This document shows, piece after piece, positions 52,375 to 64,000 of a DNA stretch of 64,000 nt. Made by a program: the position numbers and the translations under genes. The stretch lies in contig JARFYF010000112.1 in assembly GCA_030265395.1 (NCBI GenBank), positions 62,910,764 through 62,974,763 on the forward strand, given 5' to 3'. The stretch comes from Rhina ancylostomus. Taxonomy: Eukaryota. Numbering within the stretch: position 1 is the stretch's first letter; the number at the start of each line of letters is the position of its first letter. Under the pieces are notes generated by a model. It saw nothing but the letters and a program-made list of their open reading frames with translations. It made no database searches and was not told the origin of the DNA.

Positions 52375-53625
52375 GTTAGAGTTAATAAAGGAACTGGCCA
52401 TAATCCTTCAATCAACCTTAGACACAGAGATGGTGTCAGAAGAATGAAAGAACTGCTAATGTCATAACCAAGTCAAACAAGGAAGTTAGCAACTACAAAC
52501 TAATCAGTTTAACATTGCTGATGGAGAAATATTTAGACACAACATTACGGACAAAATCAACAGTCCTTTGGATAAGTATGAATTAATTAATGGAACCCAA
52601 TACGGATCTGTAAAAGGCAAATGTGCTTAACAAACCTGATTTGAGTTCTTAGATGAGTTAACTAGAGGATTAATGAAGGTAATGTAGTTGATGTGGTTAC
52701 CAAAAGGCATTTAATGAAGTAGCACATAATAGGCTTGTCAGTAATGTTGAAGTCCAGGAAATAAAAGGGGATAGTGGCAGCGTGGATAAGAAACTAGTTT
52801 AAGAGCAAGAAAGAGCTGTTTTGCCATTTTGGAGGAAGGGATGCAGTGATGATTCCCAAGGGTCAATGCCAGGATATCTGTTTTCTCAGTACATTCAGAC
52901 AATAAATTTGGGTGTACTGAGGATATCTCAACATTTACAGATGATACAAAGCCTGGGAGGATAGTGATAGACTTCACAAGGGCAAAAAGAGATTGGCAAA
53001 TGCAGCAGATGAAATTTAATGCAAAGTGATACATTTTATTAGGAAGAACTATGAGATGCAGTGTAATATGGAGGGTATAATTCTAAGGTAGGTACTTAAA
53101 TATTTAAAGGCAGCAGGACAGGTTGACAAAGCACTTAAACACATACAAATAGAACATAGAGGACAAAAGTGAGGAAGTTATGGTGACATTTTTAAAACAT
53201 AGGTCTGGCTAAAATGTAAGCACATCCATTGAGGATTATGCATTTTAGAAAGAATGGGAAATCCTTGGACAGGATGCACGGAAGTTTTTCTAACTAGGAG
53301 TGCATGCCTTAAAGCAAGATTGTTGAGGGGAAATGTGATAGATGTGACAAACTATTCTAGGGCAAAGGATCAAATTAACAGAAGAGCTAAAGATGACACA
53401 AGTAAAAATATTTTTATGCAGCAAATGGGTTAGCATCTAGAATGCATTGTCTGACAAGGAGGTTAAGGCAGATTGAGTCATGGCTTTTGAAAGGGAACTG
53501 AATTAGTACTTGAAAGAAAACCATTGTGAGACTCTGAGGAAAAGACAGGGGTGGAACCAGCTGCATTGCTCTTGCGAAGTCAACCCAGACTCAAAGGACA
53601 GAATGGCCTCCCTCTGTACTGTAAC
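52375..53625 (+). mobile_element. Old, heavily deleted CR1 LINE (RT to 3' UTR)
   Basis: SNYKLISLTL, EGNVVDVV, KAFNEVAHNRL, STFTDDTK, QMKFNAK, cagaatggcctccctctgtactgtaac tail. Confidence 0.8.
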
Positions 53626-53734
53626 TATATTTTAGCTGGTGCTTTGTGCTGTAGCATTTGTAGGTTCAAAATTTCAGTCAATGTGAACTTGTCATCTTCA
53701 ACATCAAAGACTTTGCTGGCAATTTTAACATTTT

Positions 53735-54035
53735 TCCGGTACAACCCTCCCCCTTGGGAAATCTAGGACGTGGGACACAATCTTAAAATTAGCATTAAAC
53801 CACCCGGGAATTAAATCAGGAAGCACTTCTTTATACAAACAGTGGCTGAAATTCAGAATTATCTTTTCCAGAAGAGTACTGAGGCCTAGTGATTTGGAAC
53901 TTTCAGGACTGAGACTGAGGTAAACCCTGCTTATCTGCAGGATTAGGAATTAAAGGCAGATAAATGGAGTAGAAATACAAATGAGCCAACCACTATTTGA
54001 ATGGTGCAGATTCATAGAGTGCTTGATTCCTGCTG
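53735..54035 (+). mobile_element. Old CR1 3' fragment
   Basis: ggaaatctaggacgtgggacacaatcttaaaattag...aaatcaggaagcacttctttatacaaacagtgg. Confidence 0.6.
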
Positions 54036-55944
54036 GATCATTGGAGGGCAATGCAACGCAGTGAAGGAGTAATTGCTATGCTTGAAACTCTAGGCACTGT
54101 GATGAATCTTAGTGGATCCTGGTGATCATCTTCACTTATTGATCATCGGGAACTGAGCAGGAAAAATGGGTTACACAGGCGACAATGAAAGGAGGGAATG
54201 AAATGATTAGAAAGAGAATATGAGTAATTATATAATTTATGGCTTTATTCTAAAACTTCTCTTTCGTGTTATATAAAAGGGCCTCTTCATCAAGTTCTGG
54301 AAAACGAAGGGCTCAAACTCTCTCAAGCCTCTAATATCCTAGAAAGTAAAGGAATATGGAAGCTCAAGGGAGCTAATGGAGTATACACATTTTAAAGATT
54401 TCAGAATGTTCACTTTAGATGTACATTGATTAGTAACTGAGACATTATGTTAAAGGGCTGGACTGTAATTGCAAGGCACTCTCTCAAAGTAACGTTGCAG
54501 CAACACTCGGCTCTGGAGCTCTCTGTGAACTAATCTGCATACTGAGCCTGTTGCCCTGCCGTGACTGTATCTTAATGCGCTGAACCATGATTCATACAAA
54601 CACTATTCTTTGGCAAACAATTGTGAGATATCAAAAGTACCATGTAGCTGGGCTGGCTGTCCAATAATTCTGCTGATGCAATCCTACTGACTTGATATGA
54701 AATGCTGAAATGGCCAGATTTTACAACACAAGGAATTTGTCTTTATTCTGTGAGATACTAGCATACACTAGTGCAGACACTTAATGTGTTGACTAAAGCA
54801 ACAGAAGGGATAATTTCAATGGAGATAATAACATGTTTATTTTCAAGAAGTCAACTCGTCCCAAAGATAGTAGAAGACAAACTTCAGATAGACACATTTG
54901 CAGTTCATTTATTAATATTGGAAAATATCATTTTAGGGCCAAAACAATTGTGGGAGAAGTGACATGATCTGCATGACACAAGTTCTGAGATACAGGCACA
55001 CGTGGATGTCAAACCCACTTTACAGAAGCCCCAGATAAATGACATCCCTCAGCATTGATAAGTGGGACTGCTCTTTCTGCATCTTTGGTTTGATAAAATG
55101 GGGAAGAACTATTTAAATGTAATCTCAGCTCTACTTTAAATAACTGTACATGTCAGAATTTAAAACACAAAGCCATTGCACCTGACAAAAGCACTGTTTT
55201 GAGATTGAAAAGCAGCCTGGGCCAGGTGGCATTTTCTTACATCGCAATAGTACAGACACTTCTAAAAGTACTAGATTCCGGATCAGTGAGTATTTACATT
55301 TCATTTACAAGTCTAGCAAAAGTTATTTAACCTGTCTAATGATTTGCATTAGCATGCCTATTATTTATTCAGAATCAAACATGCTCCTAATGAGATCACT
55401 ATTCATGTGACACTCACCTCCACCCTAGAAAGTACAAACTTTGACTTTCATGAAACAATTCGGAGTACATTACACCTTTTTATTGCTTTCATCATTGTTT
55501 AAGAGGACACTCTACTGGCATCAGAAACCTGACGAGACAGCTTCACGACTAAGGCTGCTAAAAAAACCTTCCAAAGTCTGCTAAGTTTGCTAAAACTAAG
55601 AGTGTGTTCTCATGCATTTAGCTGCTGACATAACTCACTTGATAGGTGCTTTAGTGTTGATATCATCGTCAACACTCCATGAACAATGTTTTCAGGTGAA
55701 ACGTAGCATAGCAGGATCAATAGCAATGGTAGCAGCTACCATACCAGTGTCATTTATCTCTACCAAATGAAAGATGTAACTTGTGTCAAAATGAGGATGG
55801 TGTTTGAAGATTGTTAGTATCTTCAGAATTATTTATATTTACAAAATATAAAATATTAAAAAATAGCAAAATGTCATACCATTTGGGCTTGAACTTCAAT
55901 ACAATTTTACCTTTTCCATTTCACAGTGTTCTTCTGATCAACTA

Positions 55945-56047
55945 CTGACTATCCCTTTACCTCCGCAGATGCTCACTGAATCACTGAGTTCCTCCAGCAG
56001 TTTATTTTTTGCTCCAGATTAGAGCATCTGCAGTCTCTTGTGTCTCC
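55945..56047 (+). mobile_element. Penelope-like terminal fragment
   Basis: cagatgctcactgaatcactgagttcctccagcag...tttttgctccagattagagcatctgcagtctcttgtgtctc; reverse complement of 16901-16990. Confidence 0.75.
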
Positions 56048-56239
56048 TCACAATCTTCTTGGTGAATTTGGAGGCTGCGGTGTTTCNNNNNNNNNNNNNN
56101 NNNNNNNNNNNNNNNNNNNNNNNNNNNNNNNNNNNNNNNNAGCTTCAGATTGCTGCACAAGGCCAACTCCTGGAGCGGTATGGGATGCCTGGCACCACGC
56201 AGAGGTGAGCGAGCTGCAGGCAGAGCCATGGTGCGAGGT

Positions 56240-56324
56240 GGCTTGGTGCCCTTGTAAGGCTCGACATCAATGCCTTGATTGCCCTTGTAAGGCTTGGTGC
56301 CCTTGTAAGGCTCGACATCAATGC
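56240..56324. repeat. Perfect 34-bp direct repeat (period 51) with a triplicated 15-mer
   Basis: ggcttggtgcccttgtaaggctcgacatcaatgc at 56240-56273 and 56291-56324; tgcccttgtaaggct at 56247, 56280 and 56298. Confidence 0.9.
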
Positions 56325-57239
56325 ACTAGAAGACCTCTTTTGTAGATAATGATGCAACAATCTGCTGGCACCCAAATCACTTCACCAATGCTTCGACCTC
56401 CATTCCTGGAGTAAAGGTGAATGACTGGTCCTCAGACATGGGTGTCCAGCCTGTCCTGTCTTCACTCCTCTGACTCAGCTCTCCATCTGAGAGGTGCTCT
56501 GCTCATGAGGTAGGATGGTGTGAGTGGGGAAGGTGAGGTCCAGCAAGGGCAGTGGGGGTGAATTTCATGTTGAGGAAAAGAGATGAGCCCGCATCCAATC
56601 ACAAAAGAGCAATCTGCTCTTGCAGGAGGCCAGTGTCTGGAGTTCAGCAGCTCTCTGTTTGTGAAGACCAGCCAACTGATGCCTTTGCTCCTGGAGAAAC
56701 GTAGACTGCACTAAGATTATATTCGCATGCCCACTGACAGAAGCAAACTGCTCATTAATTGTTTCTCTCTATTTAATAAAGACATCAAGCTATTCCGAAA
56801 GACCTCCAAGCTCCTCCTGTGTGACACAGAACACACCTCAATGTGCATCAGGTGAGACTGCTTGGAGGCATGTGCCTCCGCCTGTGCAACCTCTAAGTTG
56901 TTTGGTGGTTGAGGTCATGGTCTCCTGGCACTACACAACCTCCCAATGAAAGCTTGGAGATGGATTCCCTTGGGCTCTTTGTCCTCTGCATGCAGAGAGG
57001 CAGACCTGTTAACCCACTAACCATTTATTGAGCATTTACATTAGCCTCATTGCAGAAGCATTGTAAAAGGAATCGAAAGAATTCGGTATGGATTAGGCAG
57101 AAACATGGGCTTGAGGGTGAGGAATAGCCATGAAATTGAATAGAAAGGCAAGTGCATGGGTCCATTTGGCCTAATTCTGCTTCTATTTACTAAGTTCTGA
57201 CTCCATAATTCAATTACAATTCACAACCCACTGATAGAT

Positions 57240-57850
57240 GTCCCATCTTTCCCAGAACTACAAAACAATCCTGCTCCCCTTTATATGATAATAAATCATA
57301 ATGTTCGTCATGATGTCTCAAAGACAAAGGGCTGCCATCCAGCAGTGAAGGGCTTCCTTAGCGGAAGTCTCTCTATGCAGGAGTCCTCCCCTTTTAATCG
57401 GGGAGCTGGGGAGGAGGGTATTGCACACAGAGCTGTGCAATAGGTTTTTAAGTTAGTTCACAGACTCCCAATCTGCCTGCCATTTTTGTAGACTGGAGGG
57501 GTCCATGTTCCACGTTGTGTACAGATTATAAGAGGTTGTGGGCCCTCTGAATATTTGAAGAGGCTGCTCCTCAAGTTCGGGTTGCTCTTCAGCCCCACTC
57601 CCCTGATCTTTGGGCACACAGTGCAGAGGGGAGAGTCTGTTGGAACACCTCCTAGTCAGTCTGGGCCTGGCCAAGGTGGCTAGTCACAGGCCCAGGCAGC
57701 TAGGCATTGAGGGTTCCAGTCAGGTATGCCTGGAAAGAGAGTGCACTGGCTCTCTTGAGGTTTTCCAGGACCAGTGGGCACTGCAGGGGCTGGAGAGTAT
57801 TCTGGTCAAGGATGGTTGATGTTTTAATTTGAAAACCATGTGAATATTTT
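57240..57850 (+). mobile_element. Tx1-clade (L1 group) LINE ORF2 C-terminal remnant
   Basis: Frameshifted ELGRRVLH...CNRFLS*FTDSQSACHFCRLEGSMFH (CCHC knuckle region), LKRLLLKFGLLFSPTPLIFGH, LGLAKVASHR, FQDQWALQGLESIL. Confidence 0.75.
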
Positions 57851-59779
57851 GATGACAATGATGTGAATATGTGAGTAAACTTCATTTAAAAAAAACAAAA
57901 AAAGCTAAAGGGTTTTTGTAGTGCATTGGCAAGAGTTCTGTCCATCAAAACATAAAACTGTATTTTCAGAAGATTGAAGTTCCCACTTCCTAAAAATAAA
58001 CTTCACCAATGCATTGCCAGTGGTTGGGTGTGGAGATGGTTAGATGACATTTTGTGATTTACTGTTGCAGCAACTGAACTTCCACCACTAATATTTAACC
58101 AAGGCCATCACAAGTCGCTAAACAAACAGAATAACTGACTCATACTTCTACAGCAATGATTCTCTTCCTTCGTTACTTTGGTATTCAAATATTTAGAAAA
58201 CTTTTTTTTTGTTTAGCTAACGTATTTAGACTGGAATTAAAATCATTAAACCTGGTACTGTATTGAACATGTGATCAGAGCACACTCTTGTCCTATATGT
58301 TTCCACTATAACCAACACACCTATCACTTAAAAAAATTGTTTTGATCTTTATTTTAATATTTTCTTTTAAAGTAATCTTTAAGCTCCTTCCTAATTTAAA
58401 TTTTTGTCTTTTAATCTAGATTCCTAAAGTATGATGATTTTCATTGAGGTTCTGTAGTACAGAACTTGGTCATCCAACTCCTGGGCATTGAGTGTAAATT
58501 GATAACAAGCTATTCATCACAACCAAATGTGATCTTTACCTGATTTCCACATAGGTGTGTGTCCATTTGTAGATATTTGGCATGAATCATGAGTGACAAA
58601 GTTTTATTTTTTCTTACCTCACTCCAAGAATGGTGAGATGTAGTAATCCACCATCACCCATGCTCAGTTGTCTAACTTGAAAGAGATTGGTTTTCTAACA
58701 TTCAAGCTAGGGCTGTGTAGCTCAATCTGAAACCAAGCCAAACACTTACTAAAAGACTGTAGAATAATCCTGATTTCCAGTGAAAGCTTTTTGATAGTCA
58801 TATGTTTCAGAACTTCCTTGCTGACTTCAGTGATTTGTCACAGGAAGAATGAATTGTTGTATCATTAGTAACTTCTGATGTAGTCTACGGCAATTCAGGT
58901 TCCCCTTGTGATCGGAACAGTGTCAAATTTAAATACATCTGCAAATTCTGTAGAACTTTGAACTGATACAAACTTTTACATATATTCACTGGTTGAATAT
59001 CCACCTACACATCAGTGCAGTTACACCAGTCATATCTTTGCAAACAGGTCATTAACAACATCATATCAGGTAAAGTCAAACATCAGGTGTTTGCCTGTAT
59101 GGTTCTAGCAACATCAANNNNNNNNNNTGAAAAATAGGCAGAAATATACTGAATATTCATGTCCACATTCTCCATGCTAAGGAGAAAGCTATGCAGGATC
59201 ACAAATAGCCTTCTCAACATTTGGACACCATCAATGAACCATTGCCTAATTGTTCTTTTGCATCGTTCAAAGCTTTGCCTTTTTAACTTTCTTTAATAAA
59301 TCTTTAATTGATGGGAATGTGCATGAAAATTACTGACAGGGAAGTGTTCTAGTGGAGAATAAAAGCAGATGAAGCTGTCCATATAGTTTAATGTGTTACA
59401 TAACAAATCTCAGTTCATTCATTTTTAATAAAATCCATCTCCATTTTTAAAAGCTTTAGTTCATTAATACTGTTGCAGTTAATTCTTGCTACTTAAGACT
59501 ATACTTTGGAGGTTAACAAGTCATAAATGATACTGTCAATAATTCAACCAGTTAACAAGATGAGACGGTTGAAGGAGCTGGGCATTTCCAATGCTCCATT
59601 TGAAATCTTTAAAATAAACTAAGCAAATCCATAAAAGAAAATGTTCTACTTAAACAAATCCAGTATCTCACATTATTTAATAAGAACATAGTTTCTGCTT
59701 CTGTTTCGGCTCCTGGCCTTTGGATATCATTCAAGGAGTGAGGGTCTTTGCCTGATTTACAATTATACGTCATCAAGAC

Positions 59780-60070
59780 TGACCCAGGATCTGCTCAATG
59801 GCCTAATGTAGCCAGAGACAGCATTGGCCATACAATAGAGTCGGCCCAAGATTCAGCTCCTGGTCTACATTGTGTAAGCTGTTAGGGGAAAATTCAACTG
59901 GAGAAAAATAAGCTTGGATTCTTGACCACTATCCAGGTACTCAGCTGTGATGATCAAACAGAACTTCAGTTCACAAATGCAGTATGATGAGTTTGTCAAT
60001 GTATAATAAGTTCGTTAGTGCCATACAAGTATGTCCTTTGTGAGTCAACAGCTCCAGTACAGAAAACTGG
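59780..60070 (+). mobile_element. Very decayed SINE-like element; possible opposite-strand copy at about 27100-27235
   Basis: gctcaatgg...gccatac...cccaagattcagctcctggtctacattgtgtaagctg head-like segment; family not confidently assigned. Confidence 0.35.
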
Positions 60071-61992
60071 AAAGATGGAGAGCAAAGTTTCCATTTAGTA
60101 AAATAAATCATGTGTGGAGTTTTATACAAGATTTGAAAAGCATATAAAAACTACTGTGAGGTTTAATGTAGCCATTCATATTTTACATAAAAGAAAAGCA
60201 CAGTTCATGATTATCATTGACTGGTCCTATTCATTTTTAAAAGTACATGGGTTGAAACTTTGCTGCAAAGTCAAGTGGGATGAGGCAGGGTAAGACGTTA
60301 AAACTAAAAATCGTAAACTTAACCCATTCTGAATTCCAATTTTCATCTTTATTCTAGATTCCCAATCTGCAGCATGGGCAGCCAAATCATACCACAGGGT
60401 GGGCAATTAACTATTTAGTCAAGACAGGAAGGCTCACATGTGAGCTTCATTTTATAGGTTTAATCCCGGTTGGCTTGGCTTCTTGGTGTTGAGAAGCCTA
60501 GAATCTGAAGCAAACTCACAACAGCCGGGGAAAAGGTTAGTGCTTCGGCCCAGCCTCCCAAGCCGTCCATCATCTGCCCTCACACTGCCCCAAGACAAGG
60601 AGTAGACCCCCATCCCGGGACCCCAAAGCAACTCCACCACTATCACACTCCCACTAATAATAGCAAGCAAATTACCCTGGTTATAGTCTGCTCTAGAGTC
60701 ATTCCCTGCTGATTGGAAAGCAAGACTGTTAATCAGTCTGAGGTGAGAACCTGTTGAAGCAAAAGTAGGAACCTTACGAGTTAAAACATAGCATGCAGAG
60801 AACCCTAAACATCTGGATTCCACAACAGAAAAAAATACTACACAAACCACTTCTATCAAAATTGAACTCTGCATTTCTATAACAAATTTTTCCAATAAAA
60901 CAGAAGGCACTATATGATTTATTTTGAAGCCTACAAAACCATCTTTGGTGGCAATTATTTTACCTACAACTGAAATAATGTTTCAGTGCTCCTGTTGGCA
61001 CATGTAGTGACATCTCTGTTTATAGTGCATGCTTCTGAACATGGCTGCTTTATTGGCTCATAAAAAGTGGACATTACTGATTCTTCAATCACTGCATACA
61101 GATACTGTAAAATAAGCAGATGGTGGAAGGGAGGTAATAGGGAGACATCTGGACTCTGTGCTGCTTGTTTACTTTATCAGAATCGGAGTGAACAGAAAGT
61201 CAATCCAGTACATATTGCGTTCATTTATTAGCTCATTGATCACACCTACACGTTGCCCAAAGAGTATGGATTCAACCCATTCTTGTTGGAATTTACAGGA
61301 TTTACATTTGCACTACACTAAATGCAATGGTAGAATTATAGCATGTACAGTAGAGTATATTTTTTTTACTCATTCAGTTATCAGGATGTGGGCATTGCTG
61401 GCAAGGCTAGTATTTGTCACTCATTCCTAATCACCTCTGAACAAACAGGCTGGATGGGCCTTTTCATGGGACACTAAGGAGTCAACCATCTCATTCAATA
61501 ATCACATTGAACTTGGAGTGGAAAATGTTGGGAACCACTGTTTTGGCAGTAGTATTGCACAGCTGAAATTGCTTTCACTGGTAATTTTAACTAACAATTC
61601 TGAAAATGGACAGAATGGTAGTTCCTATAAATTGTAATGCTATCAAAAGTTGAATGTTGATAAGCAAGTGCCTTTGCAAAATACATTTTGCTTAGGCTCA
61701 CACTGATCTTTTGGAAAAATTATCAACAAAGTAATTTTACTTGAGACTGAGTGAACACAAGTTGGCAGCAAAATGCCCTTGGAAGCAATAATCAAAATTT
61801 TAAAAAGGTAGAGCAGCCTTTCGTTTCACAATGGAAATAATGTTCCACTTTCCACTGTCATACATTGATACATGACATCCTAAAATAGTTTGAACTGATT
61901 TTCTTTCTCATTGCAGGAAATTTTAAATCTTTCTCAACCACTTTATTTTGCTCAAGTCTAGTACTTTTGCAGAACACTAATATAATTCCAAG

Positions 61993-62628
61993 CAACACAC
62001 ACAAAATGCTAGAGGAACTCAGCAGGTCAGGCAGCATCTATGGAGGGGAATAAACAGTCAACATTTCGGGTCAAGACCCTTCATCAGGACTGAAAAGGAA
62101 GAGGGCAGAAGCCGGAATAAGGAGGTCAGGGGAGGAGGAGGACCACAAGCTGGCAGGTGATAACCGAGTCCAGGTGAGAGGGGGAAGGTAGGTGGGTGGG
62201 AGAGGGGGTTGAAAGAGAATGATGTGAGAAGCTGGGAGGTGACAGGTGGAAGAGGCAAAGGGCTAAAGAAGAAGGAATCCAATAGCAGAGGACAGTAGAC
62301 CATGGAATAAAAGGAAGGAGGTGGGGAATCAGAGGGAAGTGATGGTCAGGTCGTGAGGGCAGGGGGAATGGAAAGAGAAGGGGTGAAGGGGCCACGGGAA
62401 TGAGGAAAAACAAAAGGGCAGGTGGGGAAAAGAGGGAAACAGAAAGAAGGAGTTACCGGAAGATACAGGTTGGAGGCTACCAAGACGGAATATGAGGTGT
62501 TGCTCCTCCAACCTGTGTCTCGCCTCAACGTAGCAGCAGAGAAGGCCATGGATAGACATGTCAGTGTGGGAATGGGAAGTGGAATTTAAGTGGTTGGCCA
62601 CTGGGAAATCCTGGTTGTTGAGATGGAC
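61993..62628 (-). mobile_element. Penelope-like element 3' fragment: GIY-YIG endonuclease C-terminus, pyrimidine-rich UTR, terminal repeat
   Basis: DFPVANHLNSTSHSHTDMSIHGLLCCYVEARHRLEEQHLIFRLGSLQP; terminus catagatgctgcctgacctgctgagttcctctagcattttgtgtgtgttgc. Confidence 0.92.
62055..62092 (-). ncRNA. Minimal type I hammerhead ribozyme motif (PLE type), catalytic core intact
   Basis: CAGTC-CTGATGA-A-GGGT(CTTG)ACCC-GAA-ATGT-T-GACTG: perfect 5-bp stem I, CUGAUGA and GAAA boxes, 4-bp stem II with tetraloop, NUH triplet GUU. Confidence 0.75.
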
Positions 62629-63619
62629 ATATAATGCCAAGTGTATCCACTAATTTATTTTTAATATGCTCATTTATTTAATTGAGGACATTTCAGTCCA
62701 AGCCCATCATCAGAGATGAACCCACAAAGCCTGCTCAAGTATACCATAGGGTCTTCTCCATTGCTGAGCTTGGACCTTGGTTGAAATTTACTGGCAGGCT
62801 GCAGCTGATGAACAAGGTCTCTGTTGCAGAGTGATGCAAAACTATGTGATGTAAAAAGTGATGCAATCCTTTTACAGACCCAACAGCAATTGGAGTCCAG
62901 TGAGCAAGAGGAGGATGTAGATCCTGGGGTTGAGAACGAGCTGGAAATTGATTGCAGAAATGGAAGAAGCATTTACCCAGCCTCACGTAAGTAGTAAAAG
63001 AAATTAAGCTGCAATTATGAAACATCTTCCACAAGCACTGAGGATTCCAATTCATTTTTTTGGAGCAATTTCCACTGGTTAGGCCTCTCAACAACTGGGA
63101 AAAGTGGGGTTTACGGTCAGTTTGCATGCTCTGTCTAATTTTCCACAACAGTTGCAACTAGGATCCTACAAATGGTATTAGTCCCCCGTTTGCATATTGA
63201 GACAGTTTCTTGACTGTATGGGCAGGAAAAATAAGTGGTCATTTAAAGACCTGTTTGGTAACTGTATCAGACAGCCAAATTAGAGCATAAGTCCCACAAC
63301 CATTGCAAATTATTTTGGGGAGGTACAGGCAACCAGAAGTTGAAAATCCTTTGCAATGAGATCCAATAAGCTGTTATGATTTAAGGGTGTCAAGGCTAAT
63401 TGGTTACTATTGCAGTCAGCTCATCTGTGAGTCTCTCTCTTTATGAAGCTGGTCACTCGTAACTTGTCCAATCAATCTCATAGCTGGAGCCAGTTACATC
63501 CACACCACAAAGTTGACATGACAGGTATTTAATTTCCACAAGTGATGCCAATGATATTAATTTATCTGTTTTAATTTAAAGAGACAAATCCTAAAGGATT
63601 CACAACTACAGTCCATGTG

Positions 63620-63755
63620 GCAGGAAGTTGTTTTGTTGGCGCTGGAAGCGTGGTGACACTTATGGGCTGCACCAGAACACTCGATGCATAAGATGTATTT
63701 CACTGTGTGTTTTGATGTACATGTGACTAATAAAGAAATTCTGTCTTATCTTATT
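63620..63755 (+). mobile_element. Rex1-type 3' UTR fragment
   Basis: tttcactgtgtgttttgatgtacatgtgactaataaa followed by a (tctta)n tail. Confidence 0.65.
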
Positions 63756-63889
63756 TTGAAATCATGCAAAAAAAAATCTCCTGTGATGTCTTAAATTGTG
63801 AATTTGAATTACTAGATAAATTGAATTCTTCTTGAGCACAAAATAGCTCTGAATTAACAGGAACAGAGTGCCTCTGGCTGGATAACCAG

Positions 63890-64000
63890 TGTAAATATAA
63901 GCTGAAAATACTGGAAATACTCAATGGGTCAGGGAGCATCTGTGAAGGGAGAAGTAAAATTAACTCTTCACAATGAAGGGTCAAGAGCCAGAGAACCAGA
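63890..64000 (-). mobile_element. Penelope-like terminal remnant at the window edge
   Basis: gaaaatactggaaatactcaatgggtcagggagcatctgtgaagggaga. Confidence 0.65.

Noticed and set aside
55529-55566. CTGACGA followed by a short stem, hammerhead-like
   Set aside because: There is no GAAA box after the stem, no stem I, and it is not in a PLE terminus.
56240-56324. 34-bp repeat with a spacer, superficially CRISPR-like
   Set aside because: There are only two copies, the 17-nt spacer is itself derived from the repeat, the context is vertebrate, and no cas genes are present.
58618-58727. Minus-strand segment with ttggtttcag acceptor and GTGAG|gtaaga donor, ending in V-R (phase 2) like the expected upstream CNTLN exon
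   Set aside because: It has an in-frame TAG in the required frame, a TGA in the phase-0 frame, and no peptide similarity to centlein.
60452-60910. 152-aa minus-strand ORF
   Set aside because: It has a non-ATG start, no recognisable domain and no convincing splice signals on that strand; consistent with chance.

Overview
This is eukaryotic genomic DNA, most likely from a shark or ray (HE1/V-SINE, HER1/CR1 LINEs, DeuSINE remnants), on a gapped scaffold with many N runs. The only host coding sequence I can support is one 163-nt minus-strand exon (8100-8262) of centlein (CNTLN). The rest appears to be intronic and is a patchwork of decayed retroelements: CR1/HER1, Rex1, a CR1/L2-group LINE with its partner SINE, Tx1, Penelope-like elements (PLEs) and V- and Deu-SINEs. 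Most ORF-track entries are spurious, gap-spanning or retroelement remnants. The most interesting signal is a dispersed set of minimal type I hammerhead-ribozyme motifs in PLE termini. One copy has an intact catalytic core (62055-62092, on the CNTLN sense strand), the copies show compensatory stem changes, and one sits in a tiny TSD-flanked fold-back element. Weaker leads are a possible intronic-polyadenylation short CNTLN isoform, a recursive-splice or micro-exon site in the very long intron, inverted LINEs bracketing the exon, and candidate antisense exons. I see no prokaryote-type system such as CRISPR or an operon. Family assignments come from recalled consensus motifs, not database searches, and repeat boundaries are approximate.
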